From: a virus
Lineage: Duplodnaviria > Caudoviricetes
Length of the DNA: 33,048 nt
Reading direction: 5' to 3' (one strand)
Virus record (IMG/VR): IMGVR_UViG_3300043414_000161
Span: 1-33,048 of that record
The stretch's first letter is position 1, and every line of letters starts with the position of its first letter. The translations under genes and the position numbers were made by a program. Below, piece after piece: positions 16,971-27,642 of the stretch. The notes beneath the pieces were generated by a model. That model was not told the origin of the DNA, searched no databases, and saw only the letters and a list, made by a program, of their open reading frames with translations.

Positions 16971-17252
16971 GTGGATTACAAATGGAAAATTCTTGATATT
17001 TACGCTGAAAGTGAAATAATCACCAAAGCTAAATATTTTTGCTCTTTGAGTGGCATAGAGACTGAAGGTTATTGCACGTTTAATGAGCCTAAATTGAAAA
17101 CCCCATTCTTAGAAATTACCGAAGAAATGGTGATTGAATGGGTAAAATCCCAATTGGGTGACATTGTGGAAAAGCGTTTGGCTGAACAATTAAACGACTC
17201 AAAGTCTGTTGTTGCGCCTTGGTTGCCACAAGTTTTTACTGCTAATTTGTAA
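16971..17252 (+). CDS. Fibre-associated acidic protein (DUF7936-like)
   Basis: GTG start after GGAG; YKWKI...PFLEITEEMVIEWVK...APW. Confidence 0.6.
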   Translation: MDYKWKILDIYAESEIITKAKYFCSLSGIETEGYCTFNEPKLKTPFLEITEEMVIEWVKSQLGDIVEKRLAEQLNDSKSVVAPWLPQVFTANL

Positions 17253-17261
17253 GGATAAAAA

Positions 17262-18236
17262 ATGACCCAGCCGATTGACATTATTTCTAGGGCGCTAAAA
17301 GACATTGGCGCACTTGAGGCTGGTGAATCGCCAACAGCAGATGCCGCCCAAGATGCGCTTGACCTGCTGAACGATATGTGCGCCCAATGGTCAAACGAAA
17401 ACATGATGGTCTTTTACAAGTCCGAAATCATTTTTCAGACCGTACAAAACACAGTTCAATACACGCTTGGCCCGGGCGGTTCAGTCGGAGCAACATTTAC
17501 AGGCTCAATTGCAGGGACAACCCTAACAATTCCAACTGACGGCGTAATCACTGGCGGTGTAAATATCGGCATGACGCTGACAGGCACAGGCGTGACCGCA
17601 GGAACGACCATAGTGGCCTTTAATACGGGCGCTGGCGGCAATGTAAACGAGGGCGGTACTTATACCGTCAACTTGCCCCAAACGGTAGCCAGCACCACAA
17701 TTTCCGCTTATTACGAACGCCCAATGTCGATTGATTCGGCTTTTGTGCGGGTGGCTACCCAACAAGGCGGCTCAAACATTGCGGGTGGCTATTTGGATTA
17801 TCCCGTGGCAATCCTTGACCTGCAATCTTATGAATCCCTTGGCATCAAGCAATTGAATGGCCCGTGGGCAAAAATGGTGTATTACCAGCCAAGCGAAACT
17901 TTGGGAACGCTTTACGTTTTCCCTAATCCATCGTCCGGTGAACTTCATTTGTTCACCAATACTATTTTTCGGCAGTTTAATTCGTTATACAACACCATTA
18001 CGCTGCCGCAGGGCTACAACATGGCGCTGCGTTGGTGTCTAGCCGAAAGAATGATGCCGATGTATGGAAAATCATCGCCAACGCAGATTTCTATGATTAA
18101 CGCCTTTGCAGCACAAGCCAAGGCAACAATCAAGCGCATGAATATGCAGCCGCCTCAAGTGTCTCGTTACCCTGACGCTTTAATGGTTGGACGGGCTAAA
18201 GACGCTGGCTTTATCATGGACGGGGGCTTTAGATAA
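17262..18236 (+). CDS. Head-tail adaptor, P22 gp4-like, with inserted beta domain
   Basis: [11 protein letters not shown]...[11 protein letters not shown]; C-terminal LPQGY..AL.W.LA..M.P.YG. Confidence 0.8.
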   Translation: MTQPIDIISRALKDIGALEAGESPTADAAQDALDLLNDMCAQWSNENMMVFYKSEIIFQTVQNTVQYTLGPGGSVGATFTGSIAGTTLTIPTDGVITGGVNIGMTLTGTGVTAGTTIVAFNTGAGGNVNEGGTYTVNLPQTVASTTISAYYERPMSIDSAFVRVATQQGGSNIAGGYLDYPVAILDLQSYESLGIKQLNGPWAKMVYYQPSETLGTLYVFPNPSSGELHLFTNTIFRQFNSLYNTITLPQGYNMALRWCLAERMMPMYGKSSPTQISMINAFAAQAKATIKRMNMQPPQVSRYPDALMVGRAKDAGFIMDGGFR

Positions 18237-20230
18237 TGGCTGATTTTGGCTTTGTCGGCCCATCCTATGAAGCACCAAGCATTTATCAAGATGCTCAAGA
18301 GTGCATCAATTGGTTTCCCGAAATTGACCCATTGAAGCAACCCGGTGACCGTGGCGTGGTGGCGCTTTACCCCACTCCCGGCTTATCAACTTTGGTGTTA
18401 TTCCAAAACCAGCAGGAAGTGCGTGGTATGACTACGCTTTCAGGCGGCAATGTAATGGTTGCCGTTTGCGGTTCTTATGTTTACGCACTAACCAGCAACT
18501 TTATTCCGACAATGGTTGGGCAGTTAAACACTAGCACGGGCCGTGTTGGAATTACAGACAATGGCGTAAACGTCTATATTGTGGACGGTACAAACCGCTA
18601 CACATGGCGCATTTCTACTCCATCATCTGCGGTGTTTACTGCTTCAACAAGTTCTACCACATTAACCGTCACAAATATTACCAATGGCACTTTGGCGGTA
18701 GGTCAAGTGCTTTTTGGCGTAGGCATAGCGCAAGAAACAGTAATCACGGGTTTAGGCAGCGGTTCGGGTGGTATTGGCACTTACACAATCAACATCTCTC
18801 AAACCGTTGCTAGTGAGTTAATGAATTCTGCTACGGCTGGAGCAATTGTTACTGCCTCAATGTCGGGGACAACTTTAACTGTAACCGCAGTAACAAGCGG
18901 CACTTTGTATATTGGTCAAACCATTCAAGGCGCTGGCATAACTGCACAAACTATTATTACGGCGTTGGGTACAGGTACAGGAAGCACCGGAACTTATACG
19001 ATAAATAATTCTCAAACCGTTTCGTCTGAAACAATGTATGGGCTGAATTGGTCTGTTTTACCTACTACTGACGGTGCTTTTACAGGCGGAACAAACGTTG
19101 ACACTGTGGACAATTACTTTGTTTACAACAAACCCGGAACACAACAATTCGGTGCATCAGGCGTTTTGTCGCCTATCTCGTCAGGGTTAAGTTTTTCTAG
19201 CAAAGACGGTGCGCCTGATAACTTAATTACGCTAATTGTTGACCATCGTGAGATTTACTTGCTAGGTGAAACCTCAAGCGAAGTGTGGGTTGACCAAGGA
19301 ACATCGCCTTTCCCGTTCACTCGTATCCCCGGCACATCGACTCAACATGGCATTGCATCGGCTGCAAGTGTTTCCCGTTTGGGTAATTCCTTTGCTTACC
19401 TTGCTAAAAACAATCGTGGTACGGCAGAAATTGTGCAGATGAATGGCTACGTACCGCAAAGAATCTCAAACCATGCAGTAGAGAACAGCCTTACAGGTTA
19501 CACAATTTCAGACGCAGTGGCTTGGACTTACCAGTTGGAAGGCCATGAAGTTTACGTTATTAGTTTCCCAGCAATTCAATTGACTTGGGCTTTTGACGTA
19601 ACCACAGGGATGTGGCATAAGTGGCTTTACACCAACAACATGGGGCAATATGAACGCTGCCGTGGTAATTGTTCTGCGTTTTTCCAAGGATATGTGTTGG
19701 CAGGAGACTACGCCAACGGCAGAATTTACCACTTGGACAAAAATGTTTATACGGATGACGGACAAAATGTTCGCCGTTTGCGCCGTGCGCCTCACTTGGT
19801 AAATGACTTCCAGCGCCAGTATTTTGATGAATTACAGATTCAATTTCAGCCCGGAGTGGGAACAACGGGATTTTCTGTTGTTACAAATGATTCAAACAAC
19901 AATTATTTAGGTGATGTTTACGTTATTACGCCCAATGCAACTTTTACTGTTGGCCCATACGACATTTATATTTTAGGTCTTCAGCAAAATATCAATACTG
20001 AAACTTCTACCACCTTTCCACAGGCAATGTTAAGATGGTCCAATGATGGCGGGTCTACTTGGTCTAATGAACATTGGGCAAACATTGGCGCTATGGGTAA
20101 ATACCAAAACCGAGCAATTTGGAGACGTTTGGGCATGGCACGAGACAGAATCTTTGAAGTTTCTTTTTCTGCACCCGTTAAGTGCGTCATTGTGTCTGCC
20201 AACCTCAAAGCGGCAGCAGGGGAAAACTGA
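18236..20230 (+). CDS. Packaged-DNA stabilisation/tail hub protein, P22 gp10-like
   Basis: [49 protein letters not shown]. Confidence 0.88.
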   Translation: MADFGFVGPSYEAPSIYQDAQECINWFPEIDPLKQPGDRGVVALYPTPGLSTLVLFQNQQEVRGMTTLSGGNVMVAVCGSYVYALTSNFIPTMVGQLNTSTGRVGITDNGVNVYIVDGTNRYTWRISTPSSAVFTASTSSTTLTVTNITNGTLAVGQVLFGVGIAQETVITGLGSGSGGIGTYTINISQTVASELMNSATAGAIVTASMSGTTLTVTAVTSGTLYIGQTIQGAGITAQTIITALGTGTGSTGTYTINNSQTVSSETMYGLNWSVLPTTDGAFTGGTNVDTVDNYFVYNKPGTQQFGASGVLSPISSGLSFSSKDGAPDNLITLIVDHREIYLLGETSSEVWVDQGTSPFPFTRIPGTSTQHGIASAASVSRLGNSFAYLAKNNRGTAEIVQMNGYVPQRISNHAVENSLTGYTISDAVAWTYQLEGHEVYVISFPAIQLTWAFDVTTGMWHKWLYTNNMGQYERCRGNCSAFFQGYVLAGDYANGRIYHLDKNVYTDDGQNVRRLRRAPHLVNDFQRQYFDELQIQFQPGVGTTGFSVVTNDSNNNYLGDVYVITPNATFTVGPYDIYILGLQQNINTETSTTFPQAMLRWSNDGGSTWSNEHWANIGAMGKYQNRAIWRRLGMARDRIFEVSFSAPVKCVIVSANLKAAAGEN

Positions 20231-20454
20231 TGTTACCCAATTCACAAACGCAGCCTTACCCACAATCTGAATTCTTGGATGGCATAACCAAGCGCCCAAC
20301 ACGGGCTTGGCAGCAGTTTTTTATTAACTTGTTGAACTTCTCAAGCGCAACCACGGCAACGGCTGGGTCGGGTTCTTTGCCAGCCAATCCCGTGGGTTTC
20401 ATTAACGTAACTGTGAATGGCGTGGCCTACAAAGTGCCGTATTACAACCAATGA
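20230..20454 (+). CDS. Short tail needle/plug-like protein (gp26 position)
   Basis: 74 aa, TGATG-coupled; PTRAWQQFFINL; YKVPYY end. Confidence 0.55.
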   Translation: MLPNSQTQPYPQSEFLDGITKRPTRAWQQFFINLLNFSSATTATAGSGSLPANPVGFINVTVNGVAYKVPYYNQ

Positions 20455-20900
20455 ACGAAATAACGAAAGCCAGCATTCCTACACGGGACGAAATCCAGCG
20501 TCTTCAGCATGAAATGTCAAAGATGCCACAGGCTGAATTGCCAGTGGAACATTATTTTCATGGTGGGATGTATTGCCGCAAAGTGTTTCGCCCTGCTGGG
20601 GCTTTAATTGTTGGGAAAGTTCATAAGAAAGACCATTTTTTCTTATGCGCTAAAGGCGAAATCATTGCATGGACAGAAAACGGCATGAAACATTTATATG
20701 CGGGTGATGTGATTGAAAGCAAACCCGGCACAAAGCGGGTCACAATGGCGGTAACAGATGCAATTGGCATCACATTTCACCAAACTGACAAAACGGATTT
20801 AGACGAAATTGAGGCTGAATTTATTGAGCCGGACGAGTTCGCAATGTTTGATTCGGCAAATAAACTTAAAGCACCTGCTTTAGAGGAGAATTTAGTATGA
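20451..20900 (+). CDS. Cupin-fold protein (gp14 position)
   Basis: HYFHGGMYCR...PAG...GKVHKKDH...KG...PGTKR...TFH. Confidence 0.7.
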   Translation: MNEITKASIPTRDEIQRLQHEMSKMPQAELPVEHYFHGGMYCRKVFRPAGALIVGKVHKKDHFFLCAKGEIIAWTENGMKHLYAGDVIESKPGTKRVTMAVTDAIGITFHQTDKTDLDEIEAEFIEPDEFAMFDSANKLKAPALEENLV

Positions 20901-21649
20901 CTTGGATTGCAGCAGCAGTTATTGGTGGGGGCGCAAGCATAATTTCCGCCAACATGAGCGCAAACGCAGCAAGAGACGCTGCAAACAAACAATCAGAAGG
21001 CGCACAAGCAGCCATCCAGCAACAGCGGGAAATGTTTGACATACAGAACAAACAGCAAGAGCCATACCGTGAGTCTGGTTACACGGCGCTAAAAGACATT
21101 GCTGCAAATAAAGATTATTTCAACAAAAAATATGGGCCGGAAGATTTTGTATTAGACCCAAGTTATGAATTTCGAAAACAACAAGGAAATCTTGCAACTC
21201 AAAATTTGCAGAATGTAAGTGGCGGCGCAATTGGCGGTAATACGCTTAAGGCAATGATGGATTACAACTCAGGTTTAGCCAGTACAGAATACGGCGCTGC
21301 AAACACTCGTTTCCAAAATGAACGCAGTGGCATTTATGACAGACTTGCAAGCATTGCTGGCATTGGTCAGACTTCACAAGGTCAAACAAGCCAGTTGGCG
21401 CAAAACGTTACTGGAAACATAGGCCAAGCAACCATCGGTTCGGCAAACGCACAAGCGGCAGGTGCAGTTGGCGCTGCAAACGCATACGGTGGTGGTATAC
21501 AAAACGCAGCAAATATGTATTCTGCAAGCCAGTATTTAAGACCCACTGGTGCTACTCCTGTTGGCAGCATGGTGCAAAATGGCGCAGGGCAAGTAAACCT
21601 TGCAGACCCGTTTGCTGGTGCAAAATTGCCTAGTTATTCAGCAGGTTAA
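20897..21649 (+). CDS. DNA ejection/transfer protein, gp7-like
   Basis: Hydrophobic G/A N-terminus, QPYRESG..AL, DPSYEFRKQQG; gene position. Confidence 0.75.
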   Translation: MTWIAAAVIGGGASIISANMSANAARDAANKQSEGAQAAIQQQREMFDIQNKQQEPYRESGYTALKDIAANKDYFNKKYGPEDFVLDPSYEFRKQQGNLATQNLQNVSGGAIGGNTLKAMMDYNSGLASTEYGAANTRFQNERSGIYDRLASIAGIGQTSQGQTSQLAQNVTGNIGQATIGSANAQAAGAVGAANAYGGGIQNAANMYSASQYLRPTGATPVGSMVQNGAGQVNLADPFAGAKLPSYSAG

Positions 21650-21658
21650 AGGAAATAT

Positions 21659-22987
21659 ATGGCAGACCTTAGTTTTCAACCCGTAGCGGATAAAGTTCGT
21701 GTGCCGCAAGTAACGTCTCTTGGCGACATGATTGGCATGGCACGGAACGCACAGGCATACCAACAAGCGCAACAAACAAACCCATTGGCATTGCGTCAGC
21801 AACAAGCGGAAACTGATGTTGCAGAGCAAACCGCTGCGCCTAGAATTTCTACTTCTAAAAGTACGGCTGCTACGGCTGAGACTACTTCTCAATCTACGGC
21901 GATGGATTTGCAAAACAAGAAAACCAAAGCAATTGCAAGCGGTTATCTTGGAATGATTAACAATCCAATGGTTGTTGCAGCCGAAGCAGACCCATCTAAA
22001 GTTAATTCATACGAACTTGCAAAATCAATTGAAACATGGGGCTCAACACAAGGAAAAAACGCTGGAATTGACGAGGCAAGAACCAAAGAATTGATGCAGC
22101 CTTACATTGACATTGCAATTAAAGACCCAAGCAAACTGCGTGATTATTTGAAATCACGGCACATTGCAGGGCTTGATTCTGCTGCCCAACAATCTGCGCT
22201 TACACCTACTGGTATCCAAGTTCTTACTGGCGCTGGTGGCTATGTTGCTGGCACAAGCCCGTTTGTTGGAAAACAAGGTGAGCCAGTTGCAGGTACTAAA
22301 TTTACAGCAGAACTTCCACCAACAACGCCAGTTATTCGAGGCGGTGTTCCGGGTTATTTGGGAAGCCAAAACTTGCAATCAACTATGACCCCCGCACAAA
22401 CTGCGGCTTCTACTGGTTCGGGCGCAGTTGTATCAAACGATTGGTCTGAAACATCCAAAGGGGCTGCTGAAGCACCCGGGCGGATTGCAATTTTTCAGAA
22501 CATTAAGAAACTTGTGCCTGAATCTTTCACTGGCGCATTGGGTGAAAAGAAACAATTTGCATCTAGTTTGGCGCAATCTTTGGGCTTAAATATCAAAGAA
22601 TTGGAAGCATCATCCACAGATGAATTGGCTAAAAACACCAAATTGCTTGCGCTTGCTGGTGGCAATACTGATAGCGCACGGGCATTGGCAGAGTTGGCTA
22701 ACCCCAACAACAAGATGACTAAGGAAGGTATGATTCGAGTAACAAATCAGTTGCTTGGATTGGAGAATTACAAATCTGCAAAAGGCAGGTTTTTGCAAGA
22801 CGTATCTAACAACCCTGATGCCTACCAGCAAAAATTATTTCAATGGAACAGTGCAGCCGACCCACGTTTCTTCCAAGAAATGTCAAAAGACGAAGCGCAG
22901 AAAGCGTTTGCTGCAATGTCTCCCACAGAAATAAAAGCGTTGCGTGATAAAAAAGCAATCGCTAAACAACTTGGGATTCTTCCATAA
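21659..22987 (+). CDS. DNA ejection protein, gp20 position
   Basis: 442-aa helical Q/A-rich ORF between the gp7-like gene and the large ejection gene. Confidence 0.6.
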   Translation: MADLSFQPVADKVRVPQVTSLGDMIGMARNAQAYQQAQQTNPLALRQQQAETDVAEQTAAPRISTSKSTAATAETTSQSTAMDLQNKKTKAIASGYLGMINNPMVVAAEADPSKVNSYELAKSIETWGSTQGKNAGIDEARTKELMQPYIDIAIKDPSKLRDYLKSRHIAGLDSAAQQSALTPTGIQVLTGAGGYVAGTSPFVGKQGEPVAGTKFTAELPPTTPVIRGGVPGYLGSQNLQSTMTPAQTAASTGSGAVVSNDWSETSKGAAEAPGRIAIFQNIKKLVPESFTGALGEKKQFASSLAQSLGLNIKELEASSTDELAKNTKLLALAGGNTDSARALAELANPNNKMTKEGMIRVTNQLLGLENYKSAKGRFLQDVSNNPDAYQQKLFQWNSAADPRFFQEMSKDEAQKAFAAMSPTEIKALRDKKAIAKQLGILP

Positions 22988-25326
22988 TGGCTACATTCGC
23001 TGACTTCCTTGACCCTGTTGCGCCAGCCAAAAGGTCTAACGTTGCACAGCCGACTAAAGAACAAATTTTTGGTCGGCAAGACCTTGCTAGCGTATTAAAG
23101 CGATATGAAGATTCATTACCTGACCTTGTGCCGGGTTCTCCATCGCACACTCGTACTTTGGAAAACATCCAACTGGCTCGTGCCGAATTGGGTCAATCAA
23201 CAACAGCACCGATGGCAGCACCAACCGCAACACCTTTATCGGCAGAAACACAAAGCCTGTTAAACCGCACTCCTGCACCAGTTGCAACGCAACAAACCGC
23301 ACAACCTGCCAAAGCGCCGGAAGTCGGAACAATGGCTGACTTTCTTGATACACCAATTCAAACAGCAAGTGAAGCCGCACCCGCAGAACCAAAAGGTCTT
23401 TTGTCCGTGGCAAAAGGTGGTGTTCAAAAGTTCTTGAATCAAGACACCATCAAAGGCAATTTGGCGGCGGCTGCTGACGTTGTAACTGGTTTGCCAAGCG
23501 CCGTTAGTGGTTTGGTTGGCTATGGCGCTGGTCGAGCCTTTGGCCTTTCACCTGACGAGGCAACCGCAGCGTCTCAAAAAGTTGCAGCACCTTTGGCGCA
23601 AGTACCCGGCAAGTTAATGGGACAAACTGAAACAGCAACATACAAAAACGCAGTCCCAACACGCATCATGGACGCAGTTTCGCAGTTTATCGGTGAACGG
23701 TCAGACGTTATTTCACAAAAAACAGGAATACCAGTTCAAGACGTAGAAGCCGCCATCAATGCGTTGTCTATTGCAGTGCCAGTAGGACTTGCAAAAGGAT
23801 ACAAGGTGGCAAACGCAAAATTTGGCAAAGACTTGGAAGTAGTGCGTCCCGGTCAACTAAGTAAAGCCGAAGCACAAGCGCAATTTGAAGCCAAGCAAGC
23901 ACAGCAAGGCACTGCTGTTGGTGCGGCGCAAGCCGAATCATTAGGTACGGCAAAGCCAACAACGCCTGAAACTCCATACACAGAATTAAGTTATTCTGAA
24001 AAAGGTTTGCCATTAGACGAACAATCTGCTCGTTCGCAAACTATAAGCCGTGTTTTAGGCGCTGACCATAAAGTTGATTTGTCTGCTATTGAAGGAAAAG
24101 GTAAAGAACGTGCCACAAATTACGCTGTATCAAACACCGATACACCAATGGGCAACTACCTAAAAGAAAACTTTAACAGCGAACAAAAAGGCTTAACAAA
24201 ATACGGAGAAGGTTTGGTTAAAAAATCAGGCGGTACGCTTGGGCTTGACGAAGCAACTTTGTACAAACGAGGCAACACACAACTTGCGCCGTTTGAAGAA
24301 TATGGCAATCTTTTAGACACAGAAATTGGCAAACTTTATGCAGAACGCAACAAGACTGCTAAAGAAGTACCCATACAAGCAAACTTTACCAAAGATTTGT
24401 TAAACGATGATTCTGTTATTCAATTAGCAGACAACGAAAAATTAGCCAAAGCCACTAAAGCCAAAATGAATCAACTTGGCATTATGGATAAAGATGGCAA
24501 TTTACTTAATACAGATGCTTTTAAGGCAGAACAACTTAGAAAATGGCTTAATAGTTCTAATGTTTGGTCGCCACAAAATGCTGGTTTACATAGGTTGCTT
24601 AAAGAATCTATTGACAATGATGTTTTTGCTCACGCTGACAAAGCCGTTTATGCAGACGCAAGGGCGTTGTTTGGTTTAAGAAAAGACACATTGGACAACC
24701 CAAAAGGCATCGCTACCATCTTGGACGAAAGTGGGCCTAGTGGCATTAACAGAAAAGTAGATGTTGAAAAAGTAGCAAATAAAATTGCTGGTATGGGCGT
24801 TGACCAATTTACGCACATCATTGACACTTTGGACAAAATGCCTGCTGCATTGCAACCCAAAGCAATAAAAGCCAAAGCGGAAATTAAAGCGCAATTTTTA
24901 AATCAAGCCATAGCGCAAAAAAGCCCAGCTAAGTTAACGACATACATGAACGAAAACAAAGAAGTCATGAACCGTTTGTTTACGCCTGACGAAATGGCAG
25001 AAATACGGGATTACCACAATGCGTCGCATATTTTGGCTACTGACACTGGTTACAAAGGCTCGGCAGTACAAAAAATTAACGTTGAGCAAAAATTATTGCC
25101 TAAAATTGCAGGACAATTGCTGCAAAAGGGTGCTGCTTTAGGTGCGGAAGCCGTAACTGGCGGTTCAACATTTGGAACGGCAGCAATGTTAACTAATGAG
25201 TATTTAGGTCAAAAAGCTGCAAAAAAACAAGCAAAATTACAAACACAAGCCGAACAAAAAGCGTTTGAAAATACTCAAAAACGATTTGTGCCGATAAAAG
25301 ATTTGATTAACAAGGAACAAAAATGA
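22987..25326 (+). CDS. Large DNA ejection protein, gp16 position
   Basis: 779 aa helical protein with G/A-rich segments; TAATG-coupled. Confidence 0.6.
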   Translation: MATFADFLDPVAPAKRSNVAQPTKEQIFGRQDLASVLKRYEDSLPDLVPGSPSHTRTLENIQLARAELGQSTTAPMAAPTATPLSAETQSLLNRTPAPVATQQTAQPAKAPEVGTMADFLDTPIQTASEAAPAEPKGLLSVAKGGVQKFLNQDTIKGNLAAAADVVTGLPSAVSGLVGYGAGRAFGLSPDEATAASQKVAAPLAQVPGKLMGQTETATYKNAVPTRIMDAVSQFIGERSDVISQKTGIPVQDVEAAINALSIAVPVGLAKGYKVANAKFGKDLEVVRPGQLSKAEAQAQFEAKQAQQGTAVGAAQAESLGTAKPTTPETPYTELSYSEKGLPLDEQSARSQTISRVLGADHKVDLSAIEGKGKERATNYAVSNTDTPMGNYLKENFNSEQKGLTKYGEGLVKKSGGTLGLDEATLYKRGNTQLAPFEEYGNLLDTEIGKLYAERNKTAKEVPIQANFTKDLLNDDSVIQLADNEKLAKATKAKMNQLGIMDKDGNLLNTDAFKAEQLRKWLNSSNVWSPQNAGLHRLLKESIDNDVFAHADKAVYADARALFGLRKDTLDNPKGIATILDESGPSGINRKVDVEKVANKIAGMGVDQFTHIIDTLDKMPAALQPKAIKAKAEIKAQFLNQAIAQKSPAKLTTYMNENKEVMNRLFTPDEMAEIRDYHNASHILATDTGYKGSAVQKINVEQKLLPKIAGQLLQKGAALGAEAVTGGSTFGTAAMLTNEYLGQKAAKKQAKLQTQAEQKAFENTQKRFVPIKDLINKEQK

Positions 25327-26078
25327 GCGTCAACCTTTCCCCCATTGGCAACGGACAACAGTTCTTTGATAACAACGGTCTTCCGCTGGCTGGTGGGTTG
25401 CTTTACTCCTACCAAGCCGGGTCAACCACCGCATTAACAAATTACACAACAATTGGCGGCAACATTGCAAACGCCAACCCGATTGTTTTAAATGCGTCAG
25501 GTCGGCTTGATAACGAAATTTGGCTGACTTACGGTTACTACTACAAATTTGTATTGAAAGATGCGTCAGGCAATTTGCTTGGAACATACGACAACATTTA
25601 CGGCATTGTGGGCGTTCAAAGCGCAGTAGGCACTACGATACCATCGGGCATAATTAACCTTTGGTATGGGGCTATTGGCAGCGTTCCAACGGGTTGGTAT
25701 TTGTGTGATGGTTCAAACGGTACACCTGACTTGCGAGACAAATTTGTTGTTGGGGCAGGTTCAAGTTATTCTGTTGGGGCTACTGGCGGTGCTAAAGACG
25801 CAGTTGTGGTTTCACACAATCACACGGCTTCATCAACGTCTACTTCTACTGTTACAGACCCCGGACACGCCCATAATTTTACTTTAGGTGGATCACCCGG
25901 TGGTGGAACATATAGCGCAGTAGCACCTAGTATTTATAGTACAGCATCTACGGCTAGTGCCGTAACAGGTATTACCGTAGCAACCGCAACCACAACCACA
26001 AACACAGCAGCTGGCGTATCAGGTACAAACGCAAACTTGCCTCCGTACTACGCACTGGCCTACGTTATGAAATCATGA
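25323..26078 (+). CDS. Tail fibre with virion-attachment N-terminus and collar domain
   Basis: QFFDNNG.PLAGG...NPIVLNASGR; IPSGII.LW.G...PTGWYLCDG.NGTPDLRDKF; HNH/HAH; NLPPYYALAYVMK. Confidence 0.85.
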   Translation: MSVNLSPIGNGQQFFDNNGLPLAGGLLYSYQAGSTTALTNYTTIGGNIANANPIVLNASGRLDNEIWLTYGYYYKFVLKDASGNLLGTYDNIYGIVGVQSAVGTTIPSGIINLWYGAIGSVPTGWYLCDGSNGTPDLRDKFVVGAGSSYSVGATGGAKDAVVVSHNHTASSTSTSTVTDPGHAHNFTLGGSPGGGTYSAVAPSIYSTASTASAVTGITVATATTTTNTAAGVSGTNANLPPYYALAYVMKS

Positions 26079-26079
26079 T

Positions 26080-26301
26080 ATGGATTACCAAGTACTTTTT
26101 AACGGCGCAGTTATTGTGGCTTCATTCTTTGGCGGTTGGACGCTAAACACCATTACCCGGTCGCTTGAGCGATTGGACAATGACGTTCGTAACTTGCCGC
26201 ATTCGTATGTTAGCAAAGACGATTACCGCAATGACATTAAAGAAGTCAAAGAAATGCTTGGCAAGATTTTTGACCGTCTTGAAACCAAAGCGGACAAGTG
26301 A
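26080..26301 (+). CDS. Small membrane-anchored coiled-coil protein (lysis region)
   Basis: N-terminal hydrophobic segment then a charged helix. Confidence 0.7.
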   Translation: MDYQVLFNGAVIVASFFGGWTLNTITRSLERLDNDVRNLPHSYVSKDDYRNDIKEVKEMLGKIFDRLETKADK

Positions 26302-26468
26302 TTGATGTTGCGTCAGCACAAGTACCTTGGCCCAACACGGAACAAAAAATCGTGCTGGTGTGCCGTGTCGTGCTGCCGAGTGAAAAATACGGGGCAAATG
26401 AATTCCTAGATAAAGACGGTAGAGTTTGTAGGTGGGTGCTGGAGGTCAAAAATGATAGACCCAATTAG
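26298..26468 (+). CDS. Hypothetical protein (56 aa)
   Basis: Own translation from a GTGA-coupled start: VIDVASAQVPWPNTEQKIVLVC...CRWVLEV; fills the gap. Confidence 0.5.
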   Translation: MIDVASAQVPWPNTEQKIVLVCRVVLPSEKYGANEFLDKDGRVCRWVLEVKNDRPN

Positions 26469-26925
26469 TGCTTTTGCTTTAGCCCAAGGTGCTATTAAAG
26501 GCATCCAAGCCGCCATCAAAATGGGCAAAGATGTGCAAGGCATCACGCACGATGTGATGAAATTCTTTGACGCTAAAGATGCGGTTGCCAAGGAAGCGGT
26601 TAAAGACCCAAAGAAGAAATACAGTTCCGAAACCAGCCAAGCAATGTCAACGGTTATGCAGTTGCATGAACTGAATAAAGCGGAAGAAGAATTGAAATGG
26701 CACTTTATCAACCAAGGCCATAGCCAGTTGTGGAGTCAGATTCTTCTTGAGCGCAACAGCATCGTACAGAAACGTAAGACGCAAGAAATGTTGGACGAGA
26801 AGGCTCGCAAGAACCGCAAGAAAGAAATAGACGAGGCCATTCTTATGGGGCTTTGCATACTGGTAGCCGCTGCCATAATTTTCTTGGTGGCTTGGGGAAT
26901 TATTGAAATGAAAGGAAAACTCTGA
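26452..26925 (+). CDS. Hypothetical membrane protein (C-terminal TM)
   Basis: GGAGG RBS; MIDPISAFALA; hydrophobic C-terminus. Confidence 0.75.
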   Translation: MIDPISAFALAQGAIKGIQAAIKMGKDVQGITHDVMKFFDAKDAVAKEAVKDPKKKYSSETSQAMSTVMQLHELNKAEEELKWHFINQGHSQLWSQILLERNSIVQKRKTQEMLDEKARKNRKKEIDEAILMGLCILVAAAIIFLVAWGIIEMKGKL

Positions 26926-27200
26926 TGTTTGACGTACCTTATGTAGACCCAAACAGCCGAATGGCTAAAGACTTTATCTACTTATTTGCGTGGTTTTGGT
27001 CAATTACGTCCGTCTTGTACTTTTTTTGCGTGACTTTTATCCCTATGCCTGTAGGCGCACGAGATTTTGCCAACATCATTCTTGGGTTTTTACTCGGCAC
27101 TGCCGTAGCAACAATTATTAGTTTCTTTTACGGTTCTTCCAAGTCTAGCAAAGACAAGACTGACGCAATAATGAAAGCCAATGATGCTAACCCTGCTTGA
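26925..27200 (+). CDS. Holin-like protein (2 TM)
   Basis: Two hydrophobic helices, FFYGSSKSSKDK tail; next to spanins/endolysin. Confidence 0.65.
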   Translation: MFDVPYVDPNSRMAKDFIYLFAWFWSITSVLYFFCVTFIPMPVGARDFANIILGFLLGTAVATIISFFYGSSKSSKDKTDAIMKANDANPA

Positions 27201-27642
27201 CCCCCGTGTTTGGCTAGCCTTTGCACTGGCTGTCGGTTTATCCTTTGCCGTTGGACACCATAAGGGATATGCTCAATCTGAGGCAGAACAAGCCATAGCA
27301 ATTGCGGAGGCCAACGCCCAAGCCCGACAAGTTGAGCAAATGATGACCACAAAACTTAACGAAACCGCCACAAAACTCAAGAAGGAAAATGATGCTGCAA
27401 AATTTCAAATTACTACTCTGCGTAATGATGTTGCCTCTGGTGCTGTCAGGCTGTCAATCGCTACGCAAGCCAGTGTATCAACCGCCGCAGATACCACCGT
27501 TGCCAGTGGAAATAAGCAAGCAAGAGCCGAACTTGACCCAAAGGCTGCTAACGCTCTTATCTCCATCGCAGCAGACGGAGACGAAGCCATCCGCAAACTC
27601 AATTCCTGCATCGACAGCTATAACCAAGTGAGAATTAAATGA
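27181..27642 (+). CDS. Rz: Inner-membrane spanin (Rz-like)
   Basis: N-terminal TM, coiled coil, LRNDV.SG..RL, ADGDEAIRKLNSC. Confidence 0.85.
   Translation: MMLTLLDPRVWLAFALAVGLSFAVGHHKGYAQSEAEQAIAIAEANAQARQVEQMMTTKLNETATKLKKENDAAKFQITTLRNDVASGAVRLSIATQASVSTAADTTVASGNKQARAELDPKAANALISIAADGDEAIRKLNSCIDSYNQVRIK
27389..27631 (+). CDS. Rz1: Outer-membrane spanin lipoprotein (Rz1-like), nested in Rz
   Basis: Signal peptide with LSGC lipobox, Pro-rich mature part, AAGGA RBS, +1 frame inside Rz. Confidence 0.85.
   Translation: MMLQNFKLLLCVMMLPLVLSGCQSLRKPVYQPPQIPPLPVEISKQEPNLTQRLLTLLSPSQQTETKPSANSIPASTAITK

Noticed and set aside
7111-25587. Many minus-strand and alternate-frame ORFs in the supplied track
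   Set aside because: They shadow well-supported structural genes and show no recognisable motifs.
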